Virus record (IMG/VR): IMGVR_UViG_3300029183_000007
Coordinates: 1-50,089 of that record
DNA length: 50,089 nt
DNA from: a virus
Lineage: Duplodnaviria; Caudoviricetes
Reading direction: 5' to 3' (one strand)
Position 1 is the stretch's first letter, and each line of letters starts with the position of its first letter. The notes under the pieces are model-generated. The model ran no database searches, was not told where the DNA came from, and saw only the letters and a list, made by a program, of their open reading frames with translations. This document shows positions 25,201 to 34,900 of the stretch, piece by piece. Both the position numbers and the translations under genes were made by a program.

Positions 25201-28089
25201 CTCAACGCGTTTTCTGATCAGGTGCAAAACTCGCACAAACATGGGGTGAAGAACATCACCAATCTGGGCGCGAGGGGGCAAAGCTACGTTGGCTACAAAG
25301 TCTGGCCAAAGTTGGGCTACGATGCTCCGCTCAAGATCGATCAAAAGTTGCAATTGCAGAACTCCAATCTTCCGCATCATGTCAAAATGGCTGAGACCGT
25401 TCTTGACCTCTACAAGTCCAAAGAGGGACAAGAGTGGTGGGCGAAGCATGGCACAGACATGCACTATACGTTCGACCTGCACCCAGACTCGAATTCGATG
25501 CGGACATTGAACGAGTATCGGCAACGCAAAGGACTCGAACCGATTGAAATGCACTCGAAGGAGGACTACGAAAAGCTGGGAGAAGAACACCGCCAACGGA
25601 ATCTGCCTTGGCTCCAAGATCAGTACAAACAGCTTCGCGGCGAAGGAATCGAGGGCATGCTTCCTTGGGACAACCAGATGAGCAGGCATCACAGGGAACG
25701 GCTTTCACACATCGCGGGACAGCACTACGACAACTGGACTCCCGAAGGCCAAGAAGATCACCCGTACAACCAGCACCGATTCTTTTCACGTCCTGGCCGG
25801 TTGCTCAATCGGCAGTACGAAGCAATGAAGTCTATCGTCAATCGGTTCATCGCGAAGGGCGTGCATGAATCGGGGCAATCCACATTTGAGCTGGACGAAA
25901 AAGCTTTGGCCGAATTCGAGAAGCTAGAGCAAGAGCATCTGGACACGCAGTATTTCAAGCCGACCAACGAAGAGATAGCATCGTTTTGGAAGTCGGCCTA
26001 CTGGCGTGCTGGCATAGAAATGCTTGGCACGGAAAAGATGATCGGCTTGATCGGCAAACAGGAAGAAGAATCTCCTCGCAACTACGCGGACGAACCGCAG
26101 CAAACACCAGCTCCAAAAACACTCGGCGGCCATGAGGAACAACCAGCGATTGGAAAAATGCGACACTTTCAGCCAGCAAATCACGAATTCGGCTCGCACG
26201 AACATCACAAAGATGTGGGAAGCGCGAGCAAGACGTACAAACAATTCTTCCCGCATCACAGCGGCCAAGGCTCCATCCAGCACTTTTTGGGCTTGCCGTC
26301 CGGCTCTAAGTCAAAGATGACTGGCCATACACCAGGCGGCGGATTCAATATCAAAGCGACCTCGGATGGTCACATGAGCAAGCATAAAATCCGCAGTGAC
26401 GAAGCGGGACGAATGCACTTGGACAACGTCGTCCACCACGGACGAAACACGCGGGAAGGCCAGCAACAGCTAGTCAACCAACACTTGCTCCAAGTGGTCA
26501 ACGCGCATCACGCGGGATTCCACGCAATCAACGCCCATGTCGGGAGGCAGGGACGGGCAAGCGGAGAGAGTGAATACAAGACACACACTGGCCATAAAGC
26601 ACTGGCTCAGCTTGGCTACGATGCTCCGCTCTCGGAAGAGATCAAGACCGAAGTGGCCGACCGCATGCGGGAGAATCGGTTCACTGACTTGGATTGGAAA
26701 GCCGACACGGTGCAAGACTTGATCAAGACCGATTTGGGTATGGAAATCTACGAGAAGATGGGACATACGCTTCCGCTGAAATTCGACCTGCACCCGGACA
26801 GCAACTCCATGCTGTTCTTCCGGGAATTCTTGCAAGGGCATGGTTTTGACGCGGATAAGCATCTGCCAACCTTGGACAGAGAGACTTACGAATCCCACAA
26901 AAAAGAGGGGATGGAGCGGAACAAGTCCTACGAACCCGACCCGGAAGAGCCGATCCAAAGCAAGTTCTTTTCTCCCTATGCGGCGGGCTATATGGAAGCG
27001 TTTTCTCACCAGAACGACCCGTTCGCCAAGCGAGACGAAAAGGACGAGGGTTACTTTGGGAATCTGCCCGAACAGGTCAGAACGGCCATCATGCAAGGGG
27101 TGGCGGAGAGAGAGCGGACAGGGGACAACTCAGAACTTCTGAACGCGTTTCGTGTCGCGTCGGACATGGCGGACGAAGAAGGCCACGACATCGATTCTCC
27201 GCTCAGGTCGTTCGGCGGCCTTACGTTCCGCGAAATGGTCGAACAGACTGGCCGGACTCGCGATCTTATCGGTGCGGAGAAGTTTGACAGCTCCGACGAC
27301 ATGGACACGTCGGTCTGGATGAATCGGCATGGTGAGGCTGCCCAGCACATGGCGGCGCTGCGGCCAAGTACCTATGAGAAATTTCAGGAAATGCCGCATT
27401 TCGAGGGACTGTCCAAGGACGAAATCTCGCAAGAGATTCTCAGGATGAGCGGTGATGAAGGTGGCCAGATTGAAGAAAACCTCTACGACAGTGACCCATC
27501 GTGGTATTACCACAATCCCAACACCCTCCAAGAACAGGGAGACGACTACAATGACGGTGAAGAATTCAGCATCACCGATTCCCACTCTCCTGGTGGCCGA
27601 CGAATTAAAAAGTTAGACGCGTTCCTCCAGAACGCCAACTATGCAAAAGAAGGGGTGGACGACCGATACTGGAAAGACCGGGTTACGTCGATTGAACACC
27701 ACGCGCGTCGGATGGGGATGAAGGAGATTGAATTCCGCAACATTGGCCCATTTGACGAGAACAGGCAGTTCCGAAAAACGGACAAGAACTTCATCGAAGC
27801 GATGGCGAACGCAGGCTATGACGGAGCGGTTGTCCCAAACATTCCGGCCATTGATGGCCATCCCATCAACATTCTGGAAGCGTTCCCGGACGTGTACAAG
27901 GATTACGATTGGTGGCCAGAAAATGCTCCGACGTTCCGCGACCTGACAAAAGACATAGGATTCTGGGACTGGTTTGAAGATGGCGGCCATGAGTGGCCAG
28001 GGTTTGCGTTCATTAGTTGGAGTAAGCGAGTCAAAGCGTTTCCCAAGCCCAGGGACGAAGAGGAGAGCGGCTTAGAGCCGTTGTGGTAG
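22273..28089 (+). CDS. Portal protein (DUF935/Mu gp29-like, ~aa 1-480) fused to a ~1450-aa cargo region with three GNAT-like repeats
   Basis: Position after terL; DAHLQGIMQERKLAV, SIWYGRA, WxxFLERAG, IVGQ, GLTQPDDGDDV; one continuous ORF; repeated GYDAPL and FDLHPDSNSM. Confidence 0.85.
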   Translation: MVTQQYFQSGPQHPPGLIPIANSNNVNVYEVPAILGPDGKPIIRPYDGFAAPHVLGFNAILSSGHYAYYHGRWDEARRDSIENSLAMANDAHLQGIMQERKLAVASLPWHIDVPNERDPYQRHVRDTLTKILRQIHQFPAIRWALLSSIWYGRAAVQFRYKWSYIDGQRCLTVRDWLPINGDKLGFTHDHQPYTLMHSAEIDRLTGATYITTTAGGRGLMWIGDWRDRITISQHYERDDVDFWNPEQAGAVHGVGVRSKIYWVDWLRNNWLTKVTEFLERAGMGLELWYYASGDTKAKQRVTEAATKNRTHKTRVIVPWLESQGDRPSVEVVDVPMNGAQMLVQLMEYIDRIEERYIVGQHMSASAQATGLGDDGQADFQRDTKQQIRNADAHQQDSAITGTEEEPSLLYILQKYTFPESVPSEQNPKGFHATFHHDLEKLESLERLEAAQIVVGMGAPVKRDDLYAASGLTQPDDGDDVIGFEMGAEYAQQMAQGDPGQQQQPGEEMGLPQVEDEEEYEEGQQPQEGDFSEDDLLQMFEPDELEALGIGGQQQQAVPYRQPDRMITYDSGRWVTIGAKESDGESKGGSRVFIKDGVITKGHPDLTGKSINNMKGQAKGEAPGVATRRDKDHAVAVIRKEAKRKGINPKELDQLASELMAHDDAYGKDRNLMLSSARTMSKGMGYGDLSTIAARHSRGQIDQSHVTGLDDVAARMQESYPHMFQTEDEHTRELFDMLLAGNSQRADRAKVYEQALEIMASGGGSQIEDDGDPFGEVPFSGVGRMITYEGTALGTGSKKTGLMPSTSQSSASDFPQTMEEFAQHKPGDKWHPVQTKRGTSAWQNPYSGHVHYGLNAPQADAHEHARKMIEKRNAPPKFEPTYSSERSEEKTGFTNQFFPKGSHVTSYAELVGAPKGMQGYTVHGRRVPHEMHIAADEDTHHQFHTFERTAKILPSGDLSIYSNENRVRGNQRGTGAGLNAFSDQVQNSHKHGVKNITNLGARGQSYVGYKVWPKLGYDAPLKIDQKLQLQNSNLPHHVKMAETVLDLYKSKEGQEWWAKHGTDMHYTFDLHPDSNSMRTLNEYRQRKGLEPIEMHSKEDYEKLGEEHRQRNLPWLQDQYKQLRGEGIEGMLPWDNQMSRHHRERLSHIAGQHYDNWTPEGQEDHPYNQHRFFSRPGRLLNRQYEAMKSIVNRFIAKGVHESGQSTFELDEKALAEFEKLEQEHLDTQYFKPTNEEIASFWKSAYWRAGIEMLGTEKMIGLIGKQEEESPRNYADEPQQTPAPKTLGGHEEQPAIGKMRHFQPANHEFGSHEHHKDVGSASKTYKQFFPHHSGQGSIQHFLGLPSGSKSKMTGHTPGGGFNIKATSDGHMSKHKIRSDEAGRMHLDNVVHHGRNTREGQQQLVNQHLLQVVNAHHAGFHAINAHVGRQGRASGESEYKTHTGHKALAQLGYDAPLSEEIKTEVADRMRENRFTDLDWKADTVQDLIKTDLGMEIYEKMGHTLPLKFDLHPDSNSMLFFREFLQGHGFDADKHLPTLDRETYESHKKEGMERNKSYEPDPEEPIQSKFFSPYAAGYMEAFSHQNDPFAKRDEKDEGYFGNLPEQVRTAIMQGVAERERTGDNSELLNAFRVASDMADEEGHDIDSPLRSFGGLTFREMVEQTGRTRDLIGAEKFDSSDDMDTSVWMNRHGEAAQHMAALRPSTYEKFQEMPHFEGLSKDEISQEILRMSGDEGGQIEENLYDSDPSWYYHNPNTLQEQGDDYNDGEEFSITDSHSPGGRRIKKLDAFLQNANYAKEGVDDRYWKDRVTSIEHHARRMGMKEIEFRNIGPFDENRQFRKTDKNFIEAMANAGYDGAVVPNIPAIDGHPINILEAFPDVYKDYDWWPENAPTFRDLTKDIGFWDWFEDGGHEWPGFAFISWSKRVKAFPKPRDEEESGLEPLW

Positions 28090-28587
28090 ATGGCCAGGAA
28101 CAAAGTCAAAATGTGGTCTCGGTCTCGTCCGTCGCGGAAGCTCCCCCACTTTCGTTACGGTGGACAGACCGGAGTGGCGAGCCAGGAAGATACCGCACGG
28201 TTTCTCGAAGGGCTGCCCTACGTGGTCGAATCGAGCTGGATTGAATCGATTCAGTATTTCGAGCGACGCGAAGGGCTGCTGATCGTTCTCAAGAGCGGGA
28301 CGGTTTCGAGTTACATTCCGGTCGGCTCTTGGGAAGCTCTCGACTTGGCCACGGCATCAAGTAAGGGAAAATGGATTTGGGATCACATCTACGTGCGTGG
28401 GAAGGGCAACGGAGAGCATAGGCAGAAAACAGTATTTCGGGGCAACGTGTTCACAGATGAGGACGTGGAACTACTCCGAGATGAAGACTTTGAGAACGAA
28501 CTTTTCAAGAGGTACTACTTCGATGACCCAACTCCTCCAAGCAAACCCGACCCAGGATTCTTTAAGCCGGTTTCACGACAAAACTAA
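28090..28587 (+). CDS. KTSC-domain protein
   Basis: VESSWIESIQY...L.I.LKSG...Y..V...L.TASSKGKWIWDHI. Confidence 0.8.
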   Translation: MARNKVKMWSRSRPSRKLPHFRYGGQTGVASQEDTARFLEGLPYVVESSWIESIQYFERREGLLIVLKSGTVSSYIPVGSWEALDLATASSKGKWIWDHIYVRGKGNGEHRQKTVFRGNVFTDEDVELLRDEDFENELFKRYYFDDPTPPSKPDPGFFKPVSRQN

Positions 28588-29896
28588 GTGGAATAGCGTT
28601 TGGGACGGTGTGTACGAAAACGTCCCGGTGTTCCTCGCGCACGAGCGGAAATTCGACGATGAGACGATTGTGGTCGATGAAAAACGTCTGAACAGAATTT
28701 TCGAGAACACGAAACGGATGGAAAACGACCGGGGCGTGATACCTCGCGGACTGCTTGGCTCGCACTCCAAAAAGGACGCGAAGCCAGAGGACAAGCCAAC
28801 GATTGGGAGCTACTACCAGTTCACCCATGTTGGAAATTACGGCAAGGACGAAGTACCATGTATTTTTGCGCGTCAATTCGTGTGCAAGGGGGCGATGGAT
28901 GAAGTAAAGAAATATCCGTTCCGATCATCGGAATACTACGACGGCTCGGACACAATCAAAGCTGTAGCACAACTCAGCGACGATCCCTATTTCGATATGG
29001 GGATGATGCTGTACGGCGATGATGACAACCAAGTCCGGGTTTACAAGCTCAGGTCAATCGGCGAATCCAAAGAGGGAGAGCCACGGCTCTACATGGCCGT
29101 AACGCCAAACACTCCGCCAGTGGCCGGAGAAGGGATTGGGATGGGAATGAGTGGGGCAATGTCCGACCCAACACTCCCACCACGAAACGCAGGGACGACA
29201 ACTTTGGATGAGGGCATCAAAGCTCAGATTGACGCGTACATGCTGCAATTCTTACCACAGCTGGCCGAACAACTTGGCCTGGGTGGGGCGTCGGGAATGG
29301 CGGCGATGGGATCAGCTCCGGGGAGTCCAGAAAGCTACATTCCAGGATTCCTTGGCGGTGACGAAGGAAAAGCAAACTTACCCTATTCTGGAGATCAACC
29401 TATGACTACTCCGAGGCAAGACGACCGAGCGATTGAGCATCAGCAGGAGCTAAATGCACTCAAAGCGCAGTTGGAAGAATCCAACAAAATCAACAGACAG
29501 CTTCTTTACCAATCGGACGAATCCGAAGCCCGACGCGAATTGACGCAGCTCAAAGCGGAAGGCAAATCCGTGTCTATCGAACAAATGCTTCCGCAAGTGA
29601 TGGCTCTTCCGAAAGAGCAACGAGCGGGTTTCTATCAAATGGTTCGCGACAACTTCAAAACCGACCCCGCCGCTCCGGTCACGTATGGCAACGATGGCCA
29701 GCCGGTTCACATGGTACAGACCGAACCGAACAAAGTTCCCGAACCTGGCCAAGGTCATTACTCTTCGCCAGTTGACCGGCTCACAGCGGAAGAATCGGAA
29801 AAATGCCGTAACTACGCACTTCGCCTGCAAGCCCAAGGAAAGATGGTCAGCTACGAAGAAGCGGCTCGCGAATTGTACCCAGCGAAAGTTTTGTAA
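28523..29896 (+). CDS. Prohead protease/scaffold (Mu gpI-like)
   Basis: VPVF.AH, GSH, YPFRSSEY, AVAQL..P, followed by a low-complexity and coiled-coil C-terminus; position before the capsid genes. Confidence 0.8.
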   Translation: MTQLLQANPTQDSLSRFHDKTKWNSVWDGVYENVPVFLAHERKFDDETIVVDEKRLNRIFENTKRMENDRGVIPRGLLGSHSKKDAKPEDKPTIGSYYQFTHVGNYGKDEVPCIFARQFVCKGAMDEVKKYPFRSSEYYDGSDTIKAVAQLSDDPYFDMGMMLYGDDDNQVRVYKLRSIGESKEGEPRLYMAVTPNTPPVAGEGIGMGMSGAMSDPTLPPRNAGTTTLDEGIKAQIDAYMLQFLPQLAEQLGLGGASGMAAMGSAPGSPESYIPGFLGGDEGKANLPYSGDQPMTTPRQDDRAIEHQQELNALKAQLEESNKINRQLLYQSDESEARRELTQLKAEGKSVSIEQMLPQVMALPKEQRAGFYQMVRDNFKTDPAAPVTYGNDGQPVHMVQTEPNKVPEPGQGHYSSPVDRLTAEESEKCRNYALRLQAQGKMVSYEEAARELYPAKVL

Positions 29897-29946
29897 ACTC
29901 TCACGGACGGTCTGACACACACGCAACACACACTTAGGAGAACATC

Positions 29947-30363
29947 ATGGCTCAAGGCTCAGCCGGTTCGATTATGAACCGACCATCCCTAGCAGCGGGT
30001 GGCCCAATTTTCCCGGCCAGGTTCATCAAGTTTCAAGCTGGCCAAACTCCTCGCGCTGTTCAGTGCGTGGCGGACGATGAGGCTTTTGGGATCAGTGCCG
30101 ATTTTCAGAAGGTGCTGCCGGAGTCGACGCAAGGTTCTGTTTCTGAACATGCGTTAGCCGGAGACATGCTTACTTATTACGGACGGCATGAAGTGACCAA
30201 GCTGGAGCTGGCTGCGGCTGTAACATTTGGCGCGAAACTGAAGCCTGATGCGAATGCGAAAGGCATCATCGCAGCTGCCACGGAAACTTACTCCGCCACA
30301 GCGCTTTCGGCAGGTGCGGTCGGCGATCTAATCGACGTGTACATTGAAAAAGGTACGGCATAA
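29947..30363 (+). CDS. Capsid cement/decoration protein (DUF2190-like)
   Basis: 138 aa, Ala/Gly-rich, GAKLKPDANAKG...AGAVGDLIDV; immediately before the MCP. Confidence 0.75.
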   Translation: MAQGSAGSIMNRPSLAAGGPIFPARFIKFQAGQTPRAVQCVADDEAFGISADFQKVLPESTQGSVSEHALAGDMLTYYGRHEVTKLELAAAVTFGAKLKPDANAKGIIAAATETYSATALSAGAVGDLIDVYIEKGTA

Positions 30364-30415
30364 CGCCACAGCCTTTCGCGTGTGAGGTCGCAGCTCAAAT
30401 TCCTTTAGAAAGGAG

Positions 30416-31474
30416 ATGGTTGTGGCCTACTCATACCCAGGTCAGAATAATGTATACATCCCGTCGCATGAGGCAACAAACAACCTCATCGTGGGATTCT
30501 CTCGCGCACCATCCACGTTTGCGATTAACCGATGGTGTCAAATCATTCCGGTTACTCACGAAGTAGGCCGGTTCATGCGAATCGCTCCCGAAAACGCGGG
30601 ACGTCGCACACTCCTGTCCGGTGAAGATCAGTTCTGGGCAGACGGCCACGCTCGGCCAACCAACCATACGGATATGGAAAAGTTTGAATTCGATGCGTAC
30701 CAAACTCGGCGGTACAACTTCGGATTCAACATTGGGGGGATTACCCAAGAGCAAGCCAGCTGGGACATCATCCAGTCGGAAACGGAAGATCACGCGCAAC
30801 AGGCGATGACTCTCCGTACCATCCTCGCGACAGCAGTGGCCACGGACGTCACCAACTACGTGAGCCAGAACACTGACACGGTAGCCAACATCCTTGGCAC
30901 AGCGGGAGCCGGGCTGAACCAAGCCACGGTTGCGAATGTGTATATCAAACGCACGCTTAACCACATGGCTAACCGCGTCCACCTCAACACCTGGGGTGTG
31001 GTCAAACCGCAACAGATGCGAATCGTGATGAATCCGAATTCGGCACAGCGATTAGCAGAAACTCAAGAAGTCCATAGCTACATCAAAGAATCTCGGTTCT
31101 CCGAGCCAGAACTCATTGGCGGGCGGATGACGACCAACAATTGGGGATTGCCTGCGAGCCTGTACGGGTTTGAAATCGTCATTGAAGATGCGGTCTACAA
31201 CGATACTCGCAAGACTGCTGGCGGCCAGGTCAATACGAACATGCAATACGTTTGGCCGGACAACGTCTTGGGATTCTTCAGCCGCATTGGTGGCGTGACG
31301 GGCAAACTCGGCAAAAACTTCTCTTCCGTAGCCTGCTTTATGAAAACGGAAATGAAGGTTGGGACTTGCTACGAATCCTGGAACGAGCGAACACTTGTCG
31401 CAGTGACCGAAAACTACGGATTTGAGATGATCAGTGAGCGTTCTTCTTTTCTCGCAACTTCGGCCTTTGTGTAA
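30416..31474 (+). CDS. Major capsid protein
   Basis: 352 aa, strong AAGGAG RBS, synteny, HK97-like RIVMNP...SLYGFEIVI. Confidence 0.85.
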   Translation: MVVAYSYPGQNNVYIPSHEATNNLIVGFSRAPSTFAINRWCQIIPVTHEVGRFMRIAPENAGRRTLLSGEDQFWADGHARPTNHTDMEKFEFDAYQTRRYNFGFNIGGITQEQASWDIIQSETEDHAQQAMTLRTILATAVATDVTNYVSQNTDTVANILGTAGAGLNQATVANVYIKRTLNHMANRVHLNTWGVVKPQQMRIVMNPNSAQRLAETQEVHSYIKESRFSEPELIGGRMTTNNWGLPASLYGFEIVIEDAVYNDTRKTAGGQVNTNMQYVWPDNVLGFFSRIGGVTGKLGKNFSSVACFMKTEMKVGTCYESWNERTLVAVTENYGFEMISERSSFLATSAFV

Positions 31475-31480
31475 AAAACA

Positions 31481-31993
31481 ATGTCAGAATCTACTATTTG
31501 TATTCCCGGTTCGCCTCTTTACGATTCGATGCAAACCGGGAGTTACCCAGCGATAGCAACGACGACTACGGAGCCGGCTGATGGGAATGGCGTAAGGAAC
31601 GTCATTAATGCTGGCTCTGGTAGTCAGTCATTCAACAACATCATTTTGTTCCCATTTGGCGTTGGCTCATCTGGACAGACTTTCGACATGCTGGTGGTAG
31701 GTTGGAAGCCCACACCAAAAGGGCTATGGCTTCCTTTCCCACTGGCCGAATACAACTGCACTCTCGGAACTGTTGTTGGACAGTCTGGTGATTATGAGGT
31801 AACGGACTCCGAAAACTTCGTTAGCATAATCTCGCTCGCAGAAGGGAACGAGAACATATCAAACGAATTGTTCTCTACGGTGACAGGAAGAGTCGGCCAC
31901 ACGATGGTCGACCTGAAAGGCTCTCACAAGTTCCAAGTGTTTTTTAACCTTGGGACAGCAACCTCGGCCAACACACTAGTGAATTATTTGTAA
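31481..31993 (+). CDS. Putative virion structural protein (beta-rich)
   Basis: 170-aa ORF between the MCP and the LamG protein. Confidence 0.65.
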   Translation: MSESTICIPGSPLYDSMQTGSYPAIATTTTEPADGNGVRNVINAGSGSQSFNNIILFPFGVGSSGQTFDMLVVGWKPTPKGLWLPFPLAEYNCTLGTVVGQSGDYEVTDSENFVSIISLAEGNENISNELFSTVTGRVGHTMVDLKGSHKFQVFFNLGTATSANTLVNYL

Positions 31994-31994
31994 A

Positions 31995-34900
31995 ATGCGA
32001 ACACGAAAACCGGTGTTAAGGCTGCGGGCTTCTGCCCGCCCGACGTTGTTTCAAGGGTGCGGGAGTCTTTCTGGACTCCCGACTCCCCCCATCATTTCCG
32101 ACACAGTTGGGCTTGATCATTACGTGCGAGCCGATTGGGGCTATCAAGACCAATCGATGCAAACGCTCGCTTCGTCCAGTGGCCACAATGTTGTCGCTCT
32201 CAAGGATTTCTCGGCTGGCGAAAATCATTTTGATGAAACTATCCCAGCAGGCAAAGAACCGACATACGAACCGAATGTCTTTAACACGCATCCTGCGATA
32301 GTGTTTGATGGCGCAAATGATTATTTGCGCAGTGTGTTTGGAGCGGATCAAGGTAGCCCACAGCACTACTTCATTACTTTCTCACTACAAGGAACGAATA
32401 TAGGGCAGACATTATTCGACGATTCAAACAATCTGAATAACAATCGCGTTTATGGGCAAAGTGGAGGTTCTACTAACACCGATCTCTCTATGTACGTTAC
32501 TGGCGGGCTAGCATTGCCTGAAACGGTCAGCAATGACATTACCACCACATGTGAATTCCTCTTTAATGGGGCAAGCTCGAAATGTCGGATTAATGGAAGT
32601 GACTATGCGGCGGGTGATGTGGGTGATATTGCTGATCTTCTCCAAGGGATTACTCTTGGTTCGCAAGGGGGCGGGGGCAGCACACACATGCAGATGAAAT
32701 TCGCGGAGTTTCGTCGATTCAATGTTGTGAAGTCGGACAGCGAAGCTGACGACATCATGTGTGAGATGATTCAGAGGTACAACGCCATCGTTCCTGTATC
32801 AAGCATTTCGCCAGTACAAACCAATCTTCTCGCCGAGTGGCGTAACGCGAGTGGGTCGATTCTCAATGATGAATGGTGTCGGATCATCGCCTTGGACGGA
32901 AAAGATGTCAGTTGTTGGCGAGACGCAAAGAATGATAAAGAAGCCAAGCAGCTCGTTTTCTCTCAAAAGCCGAGCTACGACGAGACTGATACCGCAGTCT
33001 TTTTCAGTGGCACAGACGAGAATTTAGTTGTCGAAGATGCTGCGGATTTAGATTTTGGCGATGGTGTCAATGATGAACCGTTTAGTGTTTCCGCACGGTT
33101 CAAGACTACGCAACCTTCGTCTGTTCACATGATGACATTGTCACGCGACAACATCGCGGACAACTCATACAGCGTGTGGTGTTCTGTGCCTGGGGGGACG
33201 GTAGACAGAATCAGATTCATCATTCGGGATTCTGGCGGCACGGTTACACTTCAGTGTGACTCGTCTGTCCTTGCTGTCAATGATGATGCGTTCCACACGG
33301 TAACGTACACCTACGATGGGTCTGGAGATGAGACGGGACTGGAAGTCTATCTTGATGGTGTCAATGTTGTTTCGTCTCGTCAAGAATTGGGAGGCACATA
33401 TTCTGCGACAGAATCCGGCACTCAGCGATTACGCATAGGCGGTTTAAAAAGTGGCTCTAATGTTGTCAATGAATTCACTGGAGAGATTTCCGGTGTCCAA
33501 GTTCACGAAGCCGTATTGACTGCACAGAATGCACTGGACATTCATTGTGGCTACGTGCAAGACGAGATTCCGGAAAACTCCACCACAAGTGATTCTCCCT
33601 CGGCGGCCAACGTTGTGGCTCATTGGCGAGCGACAAGCGGCGAAGTGTACAGTGGGCCATGTTGTCGCGTGACAGCGAACGATGCGGAAGCCGTTTATTG
33701 CTGGTGGGACATCTCCGGAAACCACCACGAAGCAAAACAGCCGACACTAGGCAGTCGGCCAGACTACTCGGCGTCGGACAACTCGCTCGCGTTCGACGGT
33801 GCGACGGCGTTTTTAGAAGTCGATGATCACGATGATTTCACTTTTTCCAATGGGTCGAACGATCTGCCTTTTTCGGTGGCGGTGAATTGGTCGAGCAACA
33901 ACACTGCGTCACCACAAGGCATTGCGGGCAAGGCAGATCACTTCCAAGATGAAAACTCTGAGTGGTATCTGATCTACATTTCAGGGCAGATTTATTTCCG
34001 AATCACCGACCAACTCAACTCTGCGTACATTGGGAAGCGGATAGCGATCACGCTCGACGGTACGTACCGATCCATCACAGTGACGTATGACGGTTCCGGC
34101 TTAGAATCGGGAATCAATATCTACTTCGACGGTGTGTTGCAGTCTGCCGTTAGTGCGAGTGGCGGCATCGGTTTTTCCAGAATGCGGAATTCCGACTCAA
34201 AATTTTACATTGGCCGCCGAGAAGCGTCCGGGGCGTTCCTCACCGGCAATCTCAAGGATGTTCAAGTTCTCAATAAGGAACTCACGTTAGCCGAAGTACA
34301 AGCCATCAGCGACTACCACAATCCAGGATACCCGGTTTCTGACTATGTGTTCCTCATGGATGACGAATCTGAAAACGTGTTCTCAGATACAGGATGCTCG
34401 ACGGAAATCACTGATCTAGGGGCGGTGGCATGCTGGCATGATGTTTCGGTGAACGGATTCGAGGCAACACAAATGGTGATGGCGAATCGTCCTCAATGGG
34501 ATGATGATGGGCCGTGGATTGAGTTCGATGCGGTGACAGACGTTCTTGAAATCGCCGATGACGACCTGCTTTCGTTTGGCGATGGCGCGACGGATGATCC
34601 GTTCTCGATTGCGGGGTGGGTTTATCCCGGTTCGGCATATATGGTCGACAAAGCTATCAACACCGTTGCGGGAGAATGGTTCGTTTATTTTCATGCTGGT
34701 GAAGTGTTTTTCGGTGTGATTGACAGATCGACTGGGGCGAGAGTGAGCATAAAGTCAGCTTCCGCCACTACAGCGACATGGGCGCACTACACGTTTACTT
34801 ATAATGGGAATGGTGCGGAATCAGGATTAAACATCTACCGAGACGGTTCGCTTCTAACACCTACGGGAAATTCTGGTGGCAGTTACGTGGCTATGGAGAA

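Noticed and set aside
25315-26811. Duplicated nucleotide stretches in the portal extension as a DGR template/variable pair
   Set aside because: No reverse transcriptase in the genome and the matches are short; consistent with domain duplication
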